Shown piece after piece: positions 1-12,211 of a stretch of DNA of 64,000 nt. Source of the DNA: Ptychomitrium polyphyllum (Eukaryota); assembly GCA_973851085.1 (NCBI GenBank), contig OZ316775.1, positions 15,686,001 through 15,750,000 on the forward strand, in the 5' to 3' direction. The notes beneath the pieces were generated by a model. The model saw only the letters and a program-made list of their open reading frames with translations. It made no database searches and was not told the DNA's origin. Position 1 is the stretch's first letter; each line of letters begins with the position of its first letter. The translations under genes were made by a program, and so were the position numbers.

Positions 1-770
1 TATTTTGATTGTAGTCCTATTTTTAAAAAATTTAATTTTGAAGTTTCAAATTCATTTACAATTTTTTTGTTATAACATTGATAAATCAAACCATACAAAT
101 AGGTTATAAAGTTTCAAATCTATAATGTTTCAAATCTATAAGTTTCATTAAACATTTGAAAGACTACAAGTTTTAAACCACTTGCAACTAATTATTACAA
201 ATTTCCATCTTAGAAAAGAAATACAAACTTAAAAGACCATGTCTTTTGAATACCTTAGAGATTCACTATGATTTATTGAAGTTGAAAAAAAATGTGGTTC
301 TAAAACCAACATTTACAAATTCAAAGATTCAACTTATTATTGTTGAAGATTTGATGAATGTCAAAACTAGGTACACATCAATCATACGTGCTCCTCAATA
401 ACAACTCCAAAATATTCCTCCACGTAGCACTAAATAACAACTTTCCTCACGTTTCCACTTCAAAGGCCACCTAGTGACGTTAAAGGGGTTCGCATAAAAA
501 CAGTTTTAGAAACTGTTCCTGTACCCAAAACCCACACTATGTAGCTCAGGTCAGTAAGTCTCTGAAACTCACTAACGACGGCGGGTTTGGGTACAGTGAC
601 GGTTTTTTAATAGAGAAGCATCCCTTAGAGCTCCGAATTCATACGTGATCCTCGTGAATCCACCATCTTGAATCCAACACCGTGGATCCACCAGTGGAGC
701 GTCGGATTTCTATGACTAGCGTAGATAGGATCGGCTTTGGGTACACTCGCGGGCTTAGGAATGCGTTGCT

Positions 771-849
771 TTAGGGTTTGGGGATTAGGGTTTGGGGGGA
801 AGCGCACTGCCTCTAAGACATGCGGGGCCTCCAACAGCGACTCTCTTCC
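771..849 (+). promoter_or_regulatory. RPL5 promoter: two telo-boxes and a pyrimidine tract (5'TOP-like start)
   Basis: TTAGGGTTT (reverse of telo-box AAACCCTAA) at 771-779 and 785-793, with further copies in introns at 1173-1181 and 1476-1484; CTCTCTTCC at 841-849 just upstream of the ATG. Telo-boxes are known from plant translation-machinery promoters. The TSS is not demonstrable from sequence. Confidence 0.6.
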
Positions 850-887
850 AGGCGCCCTCCTTGCGCTCCTCGGCTCCGTCTTCTGCA

Positions 888-3213
888 ATGGTGAGCTTCA
901 CAACACCTGCATGCTTTCTTCTTTCCGTGGTTCTTTTCCAACCGCGGGATGCAACCAACTTCTTTTAATACTGAAGTCGTCTGTTTGCGATTTTGGATCA
1001 GGCGTTCATCAAGCCAAACAAGACGAAGGCCTACTTCAAGAGGTTTCAGGTCAAGTACAAACGTCGCAGAGGTGAGATTCTATTGCCGTTTTACAGCATG
1101 CAGGGCTTTGTGGTTGTTGAGGGGGATGTTGTTGTGGGATTAGTTGTGCTGTTTTGTGGTGGGAAGAGTTGATTAGGGTTTGGGGTTGCTGATTGTGTTC
1201 CGGTACTTGATGCAGCCGGTAAGACTGATTACCGTGCCAGGATTCGCTTGACGACTCAGGACAAGAACAAGTACAATACCCCCAAGTACCGGTTCGTCGT
1301 GCGATTCGTATCCTTTTGAAACGTCTGTGTTGGGTGATTCAATGGTGGGCATTCAGGGCAATTACTTTTGTAATAAACTGTCGCCTTGGGTATTTATTTT
1401 AGGTTTGTCATCAGGGAACTGTAGTAGCTGTCGGTGTTATCATGGTTGAGCGAAACGTGATTAGTTTTGCTGTTCTTAGGGTTTGATCTCTCATTCGACC
1501 TATTAGGTTTTCGGTTTATTTTGAAGTTCTGTTCTGTTGTTCTTTGGTCGTTATTCCTTTAGTCGTCGCAAACTAGACCAACAAGGATATAGTGGCGCAA
1601 ATCACCTACGCTACTCTTGCTGGTGATATCATTCTCACTTCCGCGTACGCTCATGAACTTCCCCGATATGGGTTGAAGGGTGGACTTACAAACTACGCTG
1701 CAGGTACGGGAAAATTGCAAGCTTTTCTTGAGCTGACCTAATCGGAACTTTCTTACATTCTGCCTTATGTTCACTTACAGTGTTTGTACATACTAAATTT
1801 GTCCCGAGAGGTCTCAATTCTGCTGGATTTGCACGACTGACGAAGTACACCATTCATGATGCAGCTTACTGCACTGGTCTTTTATTGGCCCGTCGTCATT
1901 TGAAGAACTTCGAGCTTGACCAGGAGTACGTCGGCAATGAAACGGTGCGTTGCTACACCTAAATCTATCTGTGATGAAGCCGACCGAGCTATCCCATATT
2001 CTGCCTCAAATGCTAGGGTTTTGATTGTGCGTCCGAGATTCCTCTCCGTCAACGGAAGTCACCATTTTTATTTGAGGGGCACTGGAGCTTCTTGGTTGCG
2101 AGAGATGAATCTCAACTAGAATACCTTGTTCCTGTGGTCGTTATTATGTTTACACTGAATACCACACAGAGCTGTTATATTCATTTGGGAGATTCCAGAC
2201 AAATTATCTGAAGTTTATAAAGATGCCTGAATGCTTTTGATTGAACTTTGTAATTTTCTGACAGGCTACCGGTGAGGACTACAATGTCGAAGCCGGAGAT
2301 GAGAAGAGGCCATTCAGAGCTCTGCTCGATGTCGGTCTCATTCGGACCACAACTGGCAATAGGGTTTTTGGTGCTCTGAAGGTAGTCTTGAGTTCAGCAC
2401 TGTCGGTGCGATGTGGTCAACCTTTTAGAGAGGGGACGTGTACGTTGCAAGGATTTGGGAGCACATTTAAAGGAATTGCTTTTGATTATTCCAGTATTTT
2501 AAATTGGATGATGATTACGATTTCATATTTTGATATTATTGTGAACATCAGGGTGCTTTGGATGGAGGATTGGATGTTCCCCACAGTGAGAAGAGGTTCC
2601 CAGGCTTCAGCAAGGAGGATAAGTCGTTGAACGCCGAGACCCATCGCAAGTACATTTTGGGTGGTCACATTGCCGACTACATGAGAGTGAGTAATTTACG
2701 GATGTATGAGCGTGCATTCGGAGGGAAATACTGTCTTTAGTGATAGATTGACATGTTATTCGCAATTATTTGGCAACTAGTGGGGTTTTGGAGACTCGTG
2801 CTTTATAAGGGAAATTGGCTGATTGTTTGATTCCGGATGAACAGCTTCTGAAGGACGATGAACCTGAGAAGTATCAGTCACACTTCAGCGGTTTTGTCAA
2901 GGCAGGTGTTGAGGCAGAGGACCTAGCTGATATGTACACCAAGGTGCATGCTGCCATCCGTGCTGATCCTGCACAACAGAAGACTGAGAAGAAGGCTCCT
3001 GCTGAGCCAAAGAGGTACATCCACATAGACCCCACTGTAACATTTGCTTGGGAGTTTCCATTTAAAATCGTACTTTTTTGGTTGTTCCGACTTGCTAACG
3101 AGTGCATGCACTTTCTCGTGTGCAGATGGAAGATCAAGAAGTTGACCTATGACGAGCGCCAGGCAGCTTTGGTTCAACGCCTTAACGCTATCAATGAGGG
3201 TGGTGATCAGTAA
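888..3213 (+). CDS. RPL5: 60S ribosomal protein L5 (uL18), 9 exons
   Basis: Manual splicing: exons 888-890 (ATG only), 1002-1071, 1216-1307, 1577-1703, 1865-1944, 2265-2381, 2552-2686, 2845-3014, 3126-3213; all introns GT-AG and phase-compatible. Translation [36 protein letters not shown]...TNKDIVAQI...YAHELPRYG...[16 protein letters not shown]...[31 protein letters not shown]... is the eukaryotic L5 signature. Confidence 0.97.
1308..1576 (+). other. U12-type (minor spliceosome) GT-AG intron in RPL5
   Basis: 5' splice site GTATCCTTTT matches U12 consensus RTATCCTTT; branch-like TTCCTTTAG at 1554-1562, close to the terminal AG (1575-1576), with no polypyrimidine tract in between; splicing here restores ...FVVRF|TNKDIV... 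Confidence 0.85.
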
Positions 3214-4316
3214 ATAGAGGGATTTGAAGTTGTGATGTGCTTTTCTCCCCTTTACTTCGCGCTTCCAGATTTTGCTCTCATGTACTCGGCATCGCTTCGA
3301 GCCAAAAATTTTAACCAGAGTTCCATTTGGAGGCTTATTTTTGGGTAATTATGGTGCCCCGATTTGGTGTTTAGAGGAATGCTATCTGAAACTCTGCACC
3401 GTGTCTTTGTTTGAGTTTTTTCTTAAGTACCACTTTCCTTTGAGTAGCTTTGAAGTATGCACCTCCTTCGTTTGAAACATGTATCGCAATAAACTAAACA
3501 GCGCTAGTAACGCCTTCTCAATGTGCTACGAGATTCATGAACTCGGGAATTGTTACTTACACAGGACATGCTTCTGTTTGAGTTGGGTGTAGATCCCACT
3601 TGGTGCCGCAACTTAAATCTTTATAGGTTCTTGCGGAGCGCTTGAACTCCAAACGGTTCAAAACAAAAAAACTCTGCTTGATAAAATGAAAACGATCACA
3701 TCATCAAACTACAGAAAACTTTTTATCTACGTTACCGCATTCACTTCCCGCATCAATATTCTTATAATCCTTATTTGGTGCTCATAATCTGAGGGGGCTT
3801 GAACCCAGATGGAAGCGAAAAAGCTGTTGATTTTGGCTCTGGTCAGCTCCTAGTGAGGACGACTCTTGTAAGGCGGAATGATGATTTGCGAGCAAATGCC
3901 TCTTTGTTTAGTCCTAAACGACAGGTTTGCAATGATCACATTTGAATTTTTGTCAGATTGGGTTCTTTGTAAAGACCCTTAAAACTCTACTCTCTTATCG
4001 TCCTCCTTTAGTGGTGGTGTCTTGAATCTTCAAACGTGCATGCTTTGAAATTTACCATCAAAACACGACTACGTATTATATTGAACATTCTGGAAATAGA
4101 ACGGTAAAATGATTATACCAAATTTCTCATTCTACGTCAGGTCATTGATCGCAAATGAGAATATTATATGAGAGAACAATACATCTAAAAATACAAATAG
4201 CCCTCTGATCACTGATAAGCAGCAACACCCCGCAGCCATTAGGCAACTAATGCAGAACTAACCATGATGATATAGTTCACAAGTTGTTTCTTCCCTAGAC
4301 TCTCATGATGCTCAAC

Positions 4317-5716
4317 TTAGTTCACAAACTGGCAACGCTTCCGAATCTCCCCTTCGTACAACGAGAATTTGACACCGATACTTGTCATGGCCACCATGGC
4401 GTTGGCGAAATTCTTGTCGAACGTGCTCTTCTTCAGATTGGCCACCACATACGGCTTAGTCCTCGAGTCGCGGTACAGATCCTGGTCGGAGGTCATCAGG
4501 CCGTATCCACTGGCGATGTTGCTGAAGTACGCAGTGTCGAACTTATTCACCGAATACCGGTCAATGGTAAGCGCAGTCGAGGTGGTCTGAGAGGGGCACT
4601 TCCTCTGCAGTTCGGCCAGGAGGCTCTTAGGCATGGTGGGGTCGATTTTGGTGAAGATCCGGTCGCGCAAATGCACGCAGTGCGTGACTCCGATGGTGTG
4701 GGAGCCCGACAGGTCCACCATCTGCTTAGCGCTGAGGCCCTTAGCAGCGAAGTTGGCAACGAGCTGGGCGCTGGTAAAAGTGGCGGGGGGTAGGTTCTGA
4801 GCAGGCTCGGCTTTGAGGGACACTTTGCCATCCTTTCGCCCTGCGGGCACATTCCATCCCATTCCTCTCGTCAGGATTACGGTGTCACGAGAAGCGTAGG
4901 CGAGAATGTCGGCGCACGTCACCACTCCGGGGCAAGCCTTCTCGACCGCGACCTTAGCCGCATCAATGGCATCGAATCCGTGGAGCCCTGAATTAGTTAT
5001 CGAGGCTCTCTCCGTGCTTGGTCCAGCCAGCAGGACGGATGCGTCACAGCCCTGCATTACCATCACATTAATTATTTAAAAAGCTGCATGAATACAGTTT
5101 CTAGAGCAGTTTCAAATAAACATTAGATCAAGAAAACATTAACACTTGATCTGAAACTTTAGAACTGATTTGGATTGTGACACACCAGAAAGAGTAACTC
5201 AATTACAAGAAGCCGAGACGGTTTACAACGCAGTAATCTTCTCCATTTGGAAGATACCCGCTTATCATCCCTTAGGTACCACATCAGCATCACCTTGGTA
5301 TCATATACAGATATCATTTGAATAGTGGACACAGCAAACTCCCCAGGATCCTCTCTGAATCTGATCGACGAGTCACCCAAGCTAGCAAAGAAGAGTCATT
5401 TTAAAATAGGGGAATCAGATTATGATTAAACTCTCAACAGAGCTTGCCATGCATGCATTGAAGATGGAAGAAAGGCTTATAAACTTACGCGAACAAAGCA
5501 GTCGTGAAAGATGAGACGAAGAATTCCAGGCGCAATGGTGTTGTCCTTGTAGTAGGCCTTGCTAATTTCTTGGAAGATGATGGACTCTACCTTGGGGCAC
5601 GATGTCTTATAATAGTCGTACTTGAGGTTGGCATCCACTCCTCTTAGAGTGAACACGAACGCCATAGCCAACAAGAAGCAGCTGGTGCAGCCTCTCATCA
5701 ATTGATTCGGCCCCAT
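4317..5716 (-). CDS. Class III secretory plant peroxidase, 2 exons
   Basis: Exon 1 5716-5489 (hydrophobic signal peptide, YYKTSCP, distal RLIFHDCFVR), intron GTAAG...CAG, exon 2 5051-4317 (GCDASVLL, ACPGVVTCADIL, GRKDG, proximal GSHTIG, FDTAYF, GLMTSDQ, GEIRKRC). All eight canonical cysteines present; no C-terminal extension after FVN. Confidence 0.96.
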
Positions 5717-8427
5717 TTTGCAGAATCTGGTGAACTAGATTTGTCACGTCGCAGCTACTTCTAATGCCGCACTAGTACTACGTCCTGCCGTACCTATGTA
5801 CAATCAACTGAACAGCCCAGTTGATCTCTTCAACATCACTTCCTCAAAACAGAGTAGGAGGCGAACAATGCCAAGAGAGTACTGATGAAGGGAATGGGAC
5901 ACTTGATGGAGGATGGTGCATCTTTAAATTCATCGAGTGGGGAACTAAAACAATATACTGGTGAATGCTTAACGTCGACCTTGAAGGATCTCTTTAATTA
6001 CTATTGTAAAACACTTAAATTGGTATTCGCTTTCTCAAGTACTGAAAACGGTTTAAGATTAATTTTGTTTGTTGTTAGGTAGTATGTCTGATGAAGTTCG
6101 CCGGTGCTTATATTTTTCAGATGCACATGATGGAAAATTGAGTCAATCCTGGGCCCTGGTTGTGTTTTTTCACAAGTTCCTCAACCGGTTCTGGAACATG
6201 ACCTTCCGAAAAATGTCTGTCAGGTGGACATGGTGCGGCTACTCTAATCATCATCTCCGGTTCCTTTTGCCTCTTTTCTATTTTATTTACTCTTATCTAT
6301 GTCATATAAATTTTTCACCAATCTAGTTAGTTATGGAGGTTGACATTAGCGAAGAAAGTCCTCGCTGCGCTGACTGCTTTAGCGTGCTTTGCTAATTCCG
6401 GACTTAATAGGTCATAATGGTTGACCTTTTGAGCTTATATTAGTAATGTGGGTTCTGTTTTTCAAAGGAAAAATTATCCATACGACGCCGTATCCTCAAC
6501 GTACTACGCTACCCAATATGCTGAGAGTATTCTCAACGAACAGGAAAGTTATTAATAAGTCAGCCTAGGACCAATCAAGAATCGTTATCCACCTAAATCC
6601 GATCTATTATATGGTAATTTGCAGGTAAAACTTGTGCTCATAATTGTATCAGTTGGAGTTGTCAAAGTCAATTGAATTTTCTGAGCTGGTGTTCCACAGT
6701 ATAATCCGGAGTGGACTTTGCCTAATGCGTACAACATTCTGGCAGCTACAGTAACCATCATGGAGAACGGTAAGCTTGTAACTTTTTGATGAGATTCCGC
6801 TTCACAAAACACTGGCTACAAGTAGTAAATTGTTTTCAACTCGAGGCTATGGATCAAGGAAAAGGGTTGGAAATTATTGGAAACGTGCGCTGACTTTGCA
6901 GATAGACAGCATTTGGGAATGTATCTAACTTCGAAGGTACTTCCGTTATGACCCATTCAGATTTAATTTGACAAGTGTTAAGATCCAGATCAGTCCTACA
7001 CCAAAGATTAGAAATGATCACAGCAGAGGAAAAACTTGTCCTATATGATTTACGAAAATTACCGAGAAAAAAACAAGATTTTTTGCCTTCAGCGAAAATG
7101 GAAATCAGATAAAAACTGATTGACCGATTGTAAACGAAGACCAAGCATCCAAGCAGTCCAAAGTCCACATGAGCTGCATGTTCTGAACAGTGTATGAATC
7201 ACACGGCGTCGATTTATTCCACTAAAAAGTAAGTCTTATAACCAGGCTAGAGTTTTGGAATTGGAAAATGCACGTGCCAGGCTAAGTGTCTGTATCAGCA
7301 ACCGAGCGATCTGTGCCGACTTATTAGAGGCTTCAAGGTGATGTTAACTAATAGGTGAAAGTGATGCTTCCAAGTTTCAAAAAGAGTTTTTGCTGGCCAA
7401 AACTTGTGAGGTTGACGAAGGTTCAAAAATTATCCAGAATGAATATGCTTCATTGTTACTAGATACAGAATTGTTTCTTCATATAATGAACTATAGTGCT
7501 GTAAAAGTATGCTTACGTCGAATGACAATCCACTTGGCTTGCGGAAAACAAAAATCCATTTGCGGAAAATTCTCCTGATCAGACCTCATTTGCCAGCCAA
7601 AGTATGCCAGTCGCTTACAAAGAAGCCCCAATTGTTGGGTCAACTTGAAATCCATTTAATTCAGCTCCGTTCAACATAGTAAATAACCAACAAGACTCAA
7701 ACCAAATAATCTACAAAAGTTACATGAAAGACACAAGACTCCAAATTTTGAAGTGAGATGAGAGCTAAAGCAGATTCAAATCAAAACGCACAATTTAGCA
7801 AACCAAGACAACACAGGGCAAATGACCTACCAATTTTGGACCCTGCTTCTGAATTGCTTCGCAGTCAATTCCATCAGATTAGAAGAACAAACCATACAAA
7901 TCAGCAAAATACACGAAAGGCTTTGCGAGCAAATTACGAACGGAATTAGCTTCATTCATTAGCCAGGCGGCAGTCGTAAAACGAATACTTGAGATCACTG
8001 GAATGACTCGATATATGCCCCCTACAAATTCAGAAACAAAAACTAACCAAAGTCGTAATTTTGACACAGCATCATTGAATGATCTTCAGGATATCACTAA
8101 AAATTAAGTCCATAACTGAGAAATATTTACTTCCAAAGTTATTAGAGCCGGGCATCTGACTTTACACGATCTCCAAATCCACTGATGTTCACACTATGAT
8201 TCAACGAATATGACCGACGCCCAAGTAGCACTGAAACTATATTCTCACCTAGTCACAAAGCTGTAATAGGCAATCATTTGATTATGAGATGATTCTCCAA
8301 CTCCTATAAGCTCCTCCAGGTGATCGACAGCCGAATAATCAAAATCAACACCTAGCCATTCATTCATAAAATGGCCACCTAGGCGCAGATAAGATAGCTT
8401 CATACAAACTCAAATCTGGTGTTACAA

Positions 8428-9598
8428 CTACTGGTTATATGTATTCGTGCATTCTAGCTGTTTATGGTACTCACAGTGGTGGCGGATCACGCCGTCAGTG
8501 CCGACCTTAGGTGATATCCTGGCCGTGGCCATCTTGGCAACAGCGAAGTTGCTGTCAAACGAACCCCACTGACGATTGGCCTGCACGAATGGCTTGGTGG
8601 CGGAGTCGCCGACCAGCGTCTGGTCCGAGGTCATGATGCCGAAGCCGTTGGCAATGTTGCAGACGCACTAAGTGTCGAAGTTATCACGTCTAGCTGTGGG
8701 TTGGTCGCCAGCGATACCTTGCCGTTCCGGCGCCCAGCGGATATGCTCCATACCAGCTCCTTGATCAGCGTCAATGCGAGCGCAGCTTACTGCAGAATGT
8801 TGGCGCATGACACCATTCCATGGCACGCCTGCTCGACGGCCTACTTGGCGTTGTCAAATCCGTGGAATCTCACATTCTAAACCGCCCCTTTTTCCTTGGT
8901 GCTCTTCTTCACCAGCAAGACCGCGTCGCAGCCCTGGAGTTGTACATATTGCTAATGTCAACATCATCCATTTACGTCATGCGATAAATTAATATTGTAT
9001 CAATCAAAATTTGCATTTGAATTTCGATTCATGGTAGACGATCGTAGACGGTAGTGATCTACCAACGCCGAGTTCAGTCGAATCGATGAACGTACGTATA
9101 AATCCAACCAAACGATGAAGGTAAATTTAGACACTGGTACACTTGAGACTGGTTAGCACTTGATTTAACATTGAATCAATCCAGATCTTAGCCAAGTTCC
9201 CAGCTGAAAGATTCAAAGCCAATTCAGTCTGCAGTTGAGCTGCAACCTATGAGTACAATAATTTATGTGCTTGAAGGATTTTAATGATATAAAACTCAAG
9301 GAACGTGCCTGGATTCATGAGGTGAAAGATAGAGTACTAGATATGAGCAGCCAATTACGTTAATGAAGCAGAATTTGAAGTTAAGGCACAGGATGTCTGG
9401 GGCGACGGCGCTGTCGTTCTGGTACGCCTTACGTATCCCTTGGAACCCCAGGTACACCACATTCTGGCAGGACGACAAGTAGAAGTTGTACGTCAGAGTG
9501 CCCTCCACCCCGACGCCCATCATCGACACCGCTGTCGCCACCATCGACACTTTTCCCCTAGCAACTCTCATTGAAATCCCAGGCTGGTGACCCACCAT
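8428..9598 (-). pseudogene. Class III peroxidase pseudogene, tandem to the intact copy
   Basis: Same two-exon layout (exon 1 9598-9359, exon 2 from 8933). Distal motif reads CLNFKFCF instead of RLxFHDCF; in-frame stops at 8877-8879, 8841-8843, 8787-8789 and 8668-8670; deletion with frameshift near 8690 removes the proximal-His segment; GCDAVLL, ACHGMVSCANIL, GRRNGKVS and GIMTSDQ are still recognisable. Confidence 0.92.
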
Positions 9599-11842
9599 TG
9601 ATCTTGATTTGTTTTGCAATGATCAGAGCAAAGTTACTTAGAAGTTGCTCTAATCACTGAATAGAAATCAGTCTAAGACGGCCAGAGCGAGATAGCTAGC
9701 TAGATGCAAGGTTCAGCTCCTTGAGCGTACTGGAAAATGTTCCTCTCGCTATCGTTTAAAGGTCCAGATGTATGGTTTGGTACAATGTCGATAGTGATTC
9801 TCAGATTAGTTGCTTATATATCCACTGACGACCTCTATTATCCGGTGACCTCTCCGACTACGTATTATCTCGACGCTTATCGATCACTAAGTCATGACCG
9901 TTGTCTCCCTGCATGGAGCCAGTCACGTAATGGAATAGGGCTCACACATCGATAAGGACTAAGTTAGACGACGCGCTGTAGTAACTAATCACTAATGACA
10001 TGCTCGGGTCAATAGAGAGATTGCGGCTGTTGGCTGTGATAGAGCTGGAGATACCGCCTAATATTTACTAAACAGGAGATTGTAAAAACGAAGTGAATGA
10101 GGTACGAAGTACCGTAGCGTTTTGTAATGACTGAGTGAATCCGGCGCTAGCTGCTCATCTCGATAGTCGTTTTATCCTCTCTGGCTCATTGTTGTCACTG
10201 CTGAACGGGAATAAGCTACACTGCAATAATCTAAACTGCTGTTCACCGCAGAGAAGCTTATCCATCATCTTGGTATTCCTTTTCTAGAAGACATCACCAA
10301 TGTAGAATTGATTTTAGTCCACTCGGTCATTAAGATGCCATTAATTTTGTCATAAAATGTTTCGTTCCAGGTGTTTACACGTTGCTCAGGTTCTAAGTCT
10401 GTCACAGTAGGAACGGGGACCAGTTCGTTAGCATGTACATACAGGTACACTTGAATTGTTGATCTTGAAGGTAGGTGTCTTTGATCTGATGTACTCGTCC
10501 AGGAAGGCGCTTTCAGGGGAGAGTTTTTCCCTTTTTGTTGGTGATTGGGGAGTTAGTGCAGTTTTCGGGAATGCATCCTTAAGGTTCATGTGTACCTTTT
10601 GTAAGTAATTTGAGGCAAACAGGCAGAGTCTAAGTTGTCCAAGCAAAAGCACTAGTGCAAAACTCTGCTGCGTGTGTATATTGAGTACCAAAAAGAAACC
10701 TTATAGTTCCATCCTGTTTGCCTGTCCGTCTGTTAGCATATATCATATAGTATTCATTGTGTAAATTTGAATCGTAATTATACTTCACAAAAATTTTAAC
10801 TTCACAAAAATTACACAAAAACTTGCGGTAAATACTATCATAACAAAGATGTGATAACCGCCTTTTTTGAGATGAACATGATTTTGTGTGATTTTGTGTT
10901 TTACAAATAAGCCCCAGGCTGTTATTTAGTGAAAATTCTGAATTTACCGTGATACCTCTAAACGTCTTGTAGTACGACTAGCTGGAGGCTGAGCCTTAGA
11001 GGATGGACCAGAGAAAGACTTCATCGTTTGCAGTATTTTTTTCATATATTTTTAAGTTTCAAGCCCAATCATGGACATGCTTTTTGAAAATGATAAATTA
11101 ATCCTAATTTGAATCACCAAACTACTATTTTTCAGTTTTTCTAATTGGAAAAAATTAGACTATTAACTATATTAAAGTTCATTAAAATTCTAACCTCTAG
11201 CTTTTTGTTTAGAACCTAAAAATGAGTTGGGAAAATTTTAATCCATTTCAAAATATTATACTCAAAAACTATCGAATTCAGATAAGGTTTTGAATCTCAA
11301 GTTTTAATTTACAAAATAGCTTTGGAGAAAAGAGTATAATGTGGCTTGCAACAAAGTCGCAAAACATTCCAAAATGAAATCGAATTCCCAGATCTTATTC
11401 CAAAAGTGAACAATTCCTATATCAAAACATTGTTCAACTAAGTATTGGAGGAGTTTTGAAGGAGTTCGTGCACCGTGGCTTTGTGCATTTCCTGCCATGA
11501 AACCTTTACAGAGGTTCCATTGTGAACCACTCATTGCTTTCGAGAATCTGCAGAGATCTGTAAACCAGAGCTTTAGTTCCCTGTGCGACTGATTCTACAG
11601 GCCACACAAGTGAAGAATCTAGGGCACAATGGCAAACAGTACAAGAGAACTGTAACTTCATTAATTAATCAACGCAGCAAACACCCATCCCACCTGTCAT
11701 GCATGATCAACATCTCTTGCATTCAGAACATGTATGATGATCATCACATTTCACTTGTAAGTCTAAAACCATATGGGACTTCTCAAGCTGCAGTGCCAAG
11801 CCAATTCAATTAAGTAATGCTCGAAAGTTCTGGGTGGACAGT

Positions 11843-12211
11843 TGTTAAGGGTCAAAATACTCTCGGCCACTGTTAGCCCAGTGACTGTACAATTCTTAAC
11901 TAATCAGAAATACAAATCAAAATCAAAACTATACATTTGAAGGAAATCTCCAAACTAACTTACAAAACAAATCTGAACCCTAACTCACAAGGGAAAAGAA
12001 TTACAACCGAGTGTAAGCAATTTGGACTAGCAAACTTTACAAGAGAAAACCTACATGCCGCTTTCAAAACGGTTCTTGTTATATATTTCTAGGTTAGACT
12101 AAATATAACTATACAACCACCCCTAACCCTAACCGCTACCAATTATAGAGCTGCTTCAGTTTAGGTGGTTATACCTGAGGTGTCCATTGGTAACTGACCT
12201 CTGTTGTAACA
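11843..12211 (-). mobile_element. Possible solo-LTR-like fragment
   Basis: 369 bp bounded by TGTTA...TAACA, with an internal TATATAA and T-rich downstream sequence on the minus strand. Flanks (ACAGT / AGCTT) do not form a TSD, and there is no PBS or PPT. Confidence 0.25.

Noticed and set aside
1968..2040. Possible intronic C/D-box snoRNA in RPL5 (GTGATGA ... CCGA)
   Set aside because: D box is non-canonical, the terminal stem is only 3 bp, and I found no convincing rRNA antisense guide; a snoscan run would be needed.
3791..3807. tRNA T-loop/B-box-like GGGTTCAAGCCCC on the minus strand
   Set aside because: No A-box, acceptor stem or cloverleaf around it.
4305..4793. 162-aa plus-strand ORF
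   Set aside because: Antisense shadow of the GC-rich peroxidase exon.
10265..10691. Two overlapping minus-strand ORFs that look protein-like
   Set aside because: No recognisable domain, no consistent splice model, non-ATG starts.
11456..11510. Weak fold-back starting TTGAAGGAGTTC, reminiscent of a moss miRNA 5' end
   Set aside because: Recalled similarity is only partial and the stem has too many mismatches.
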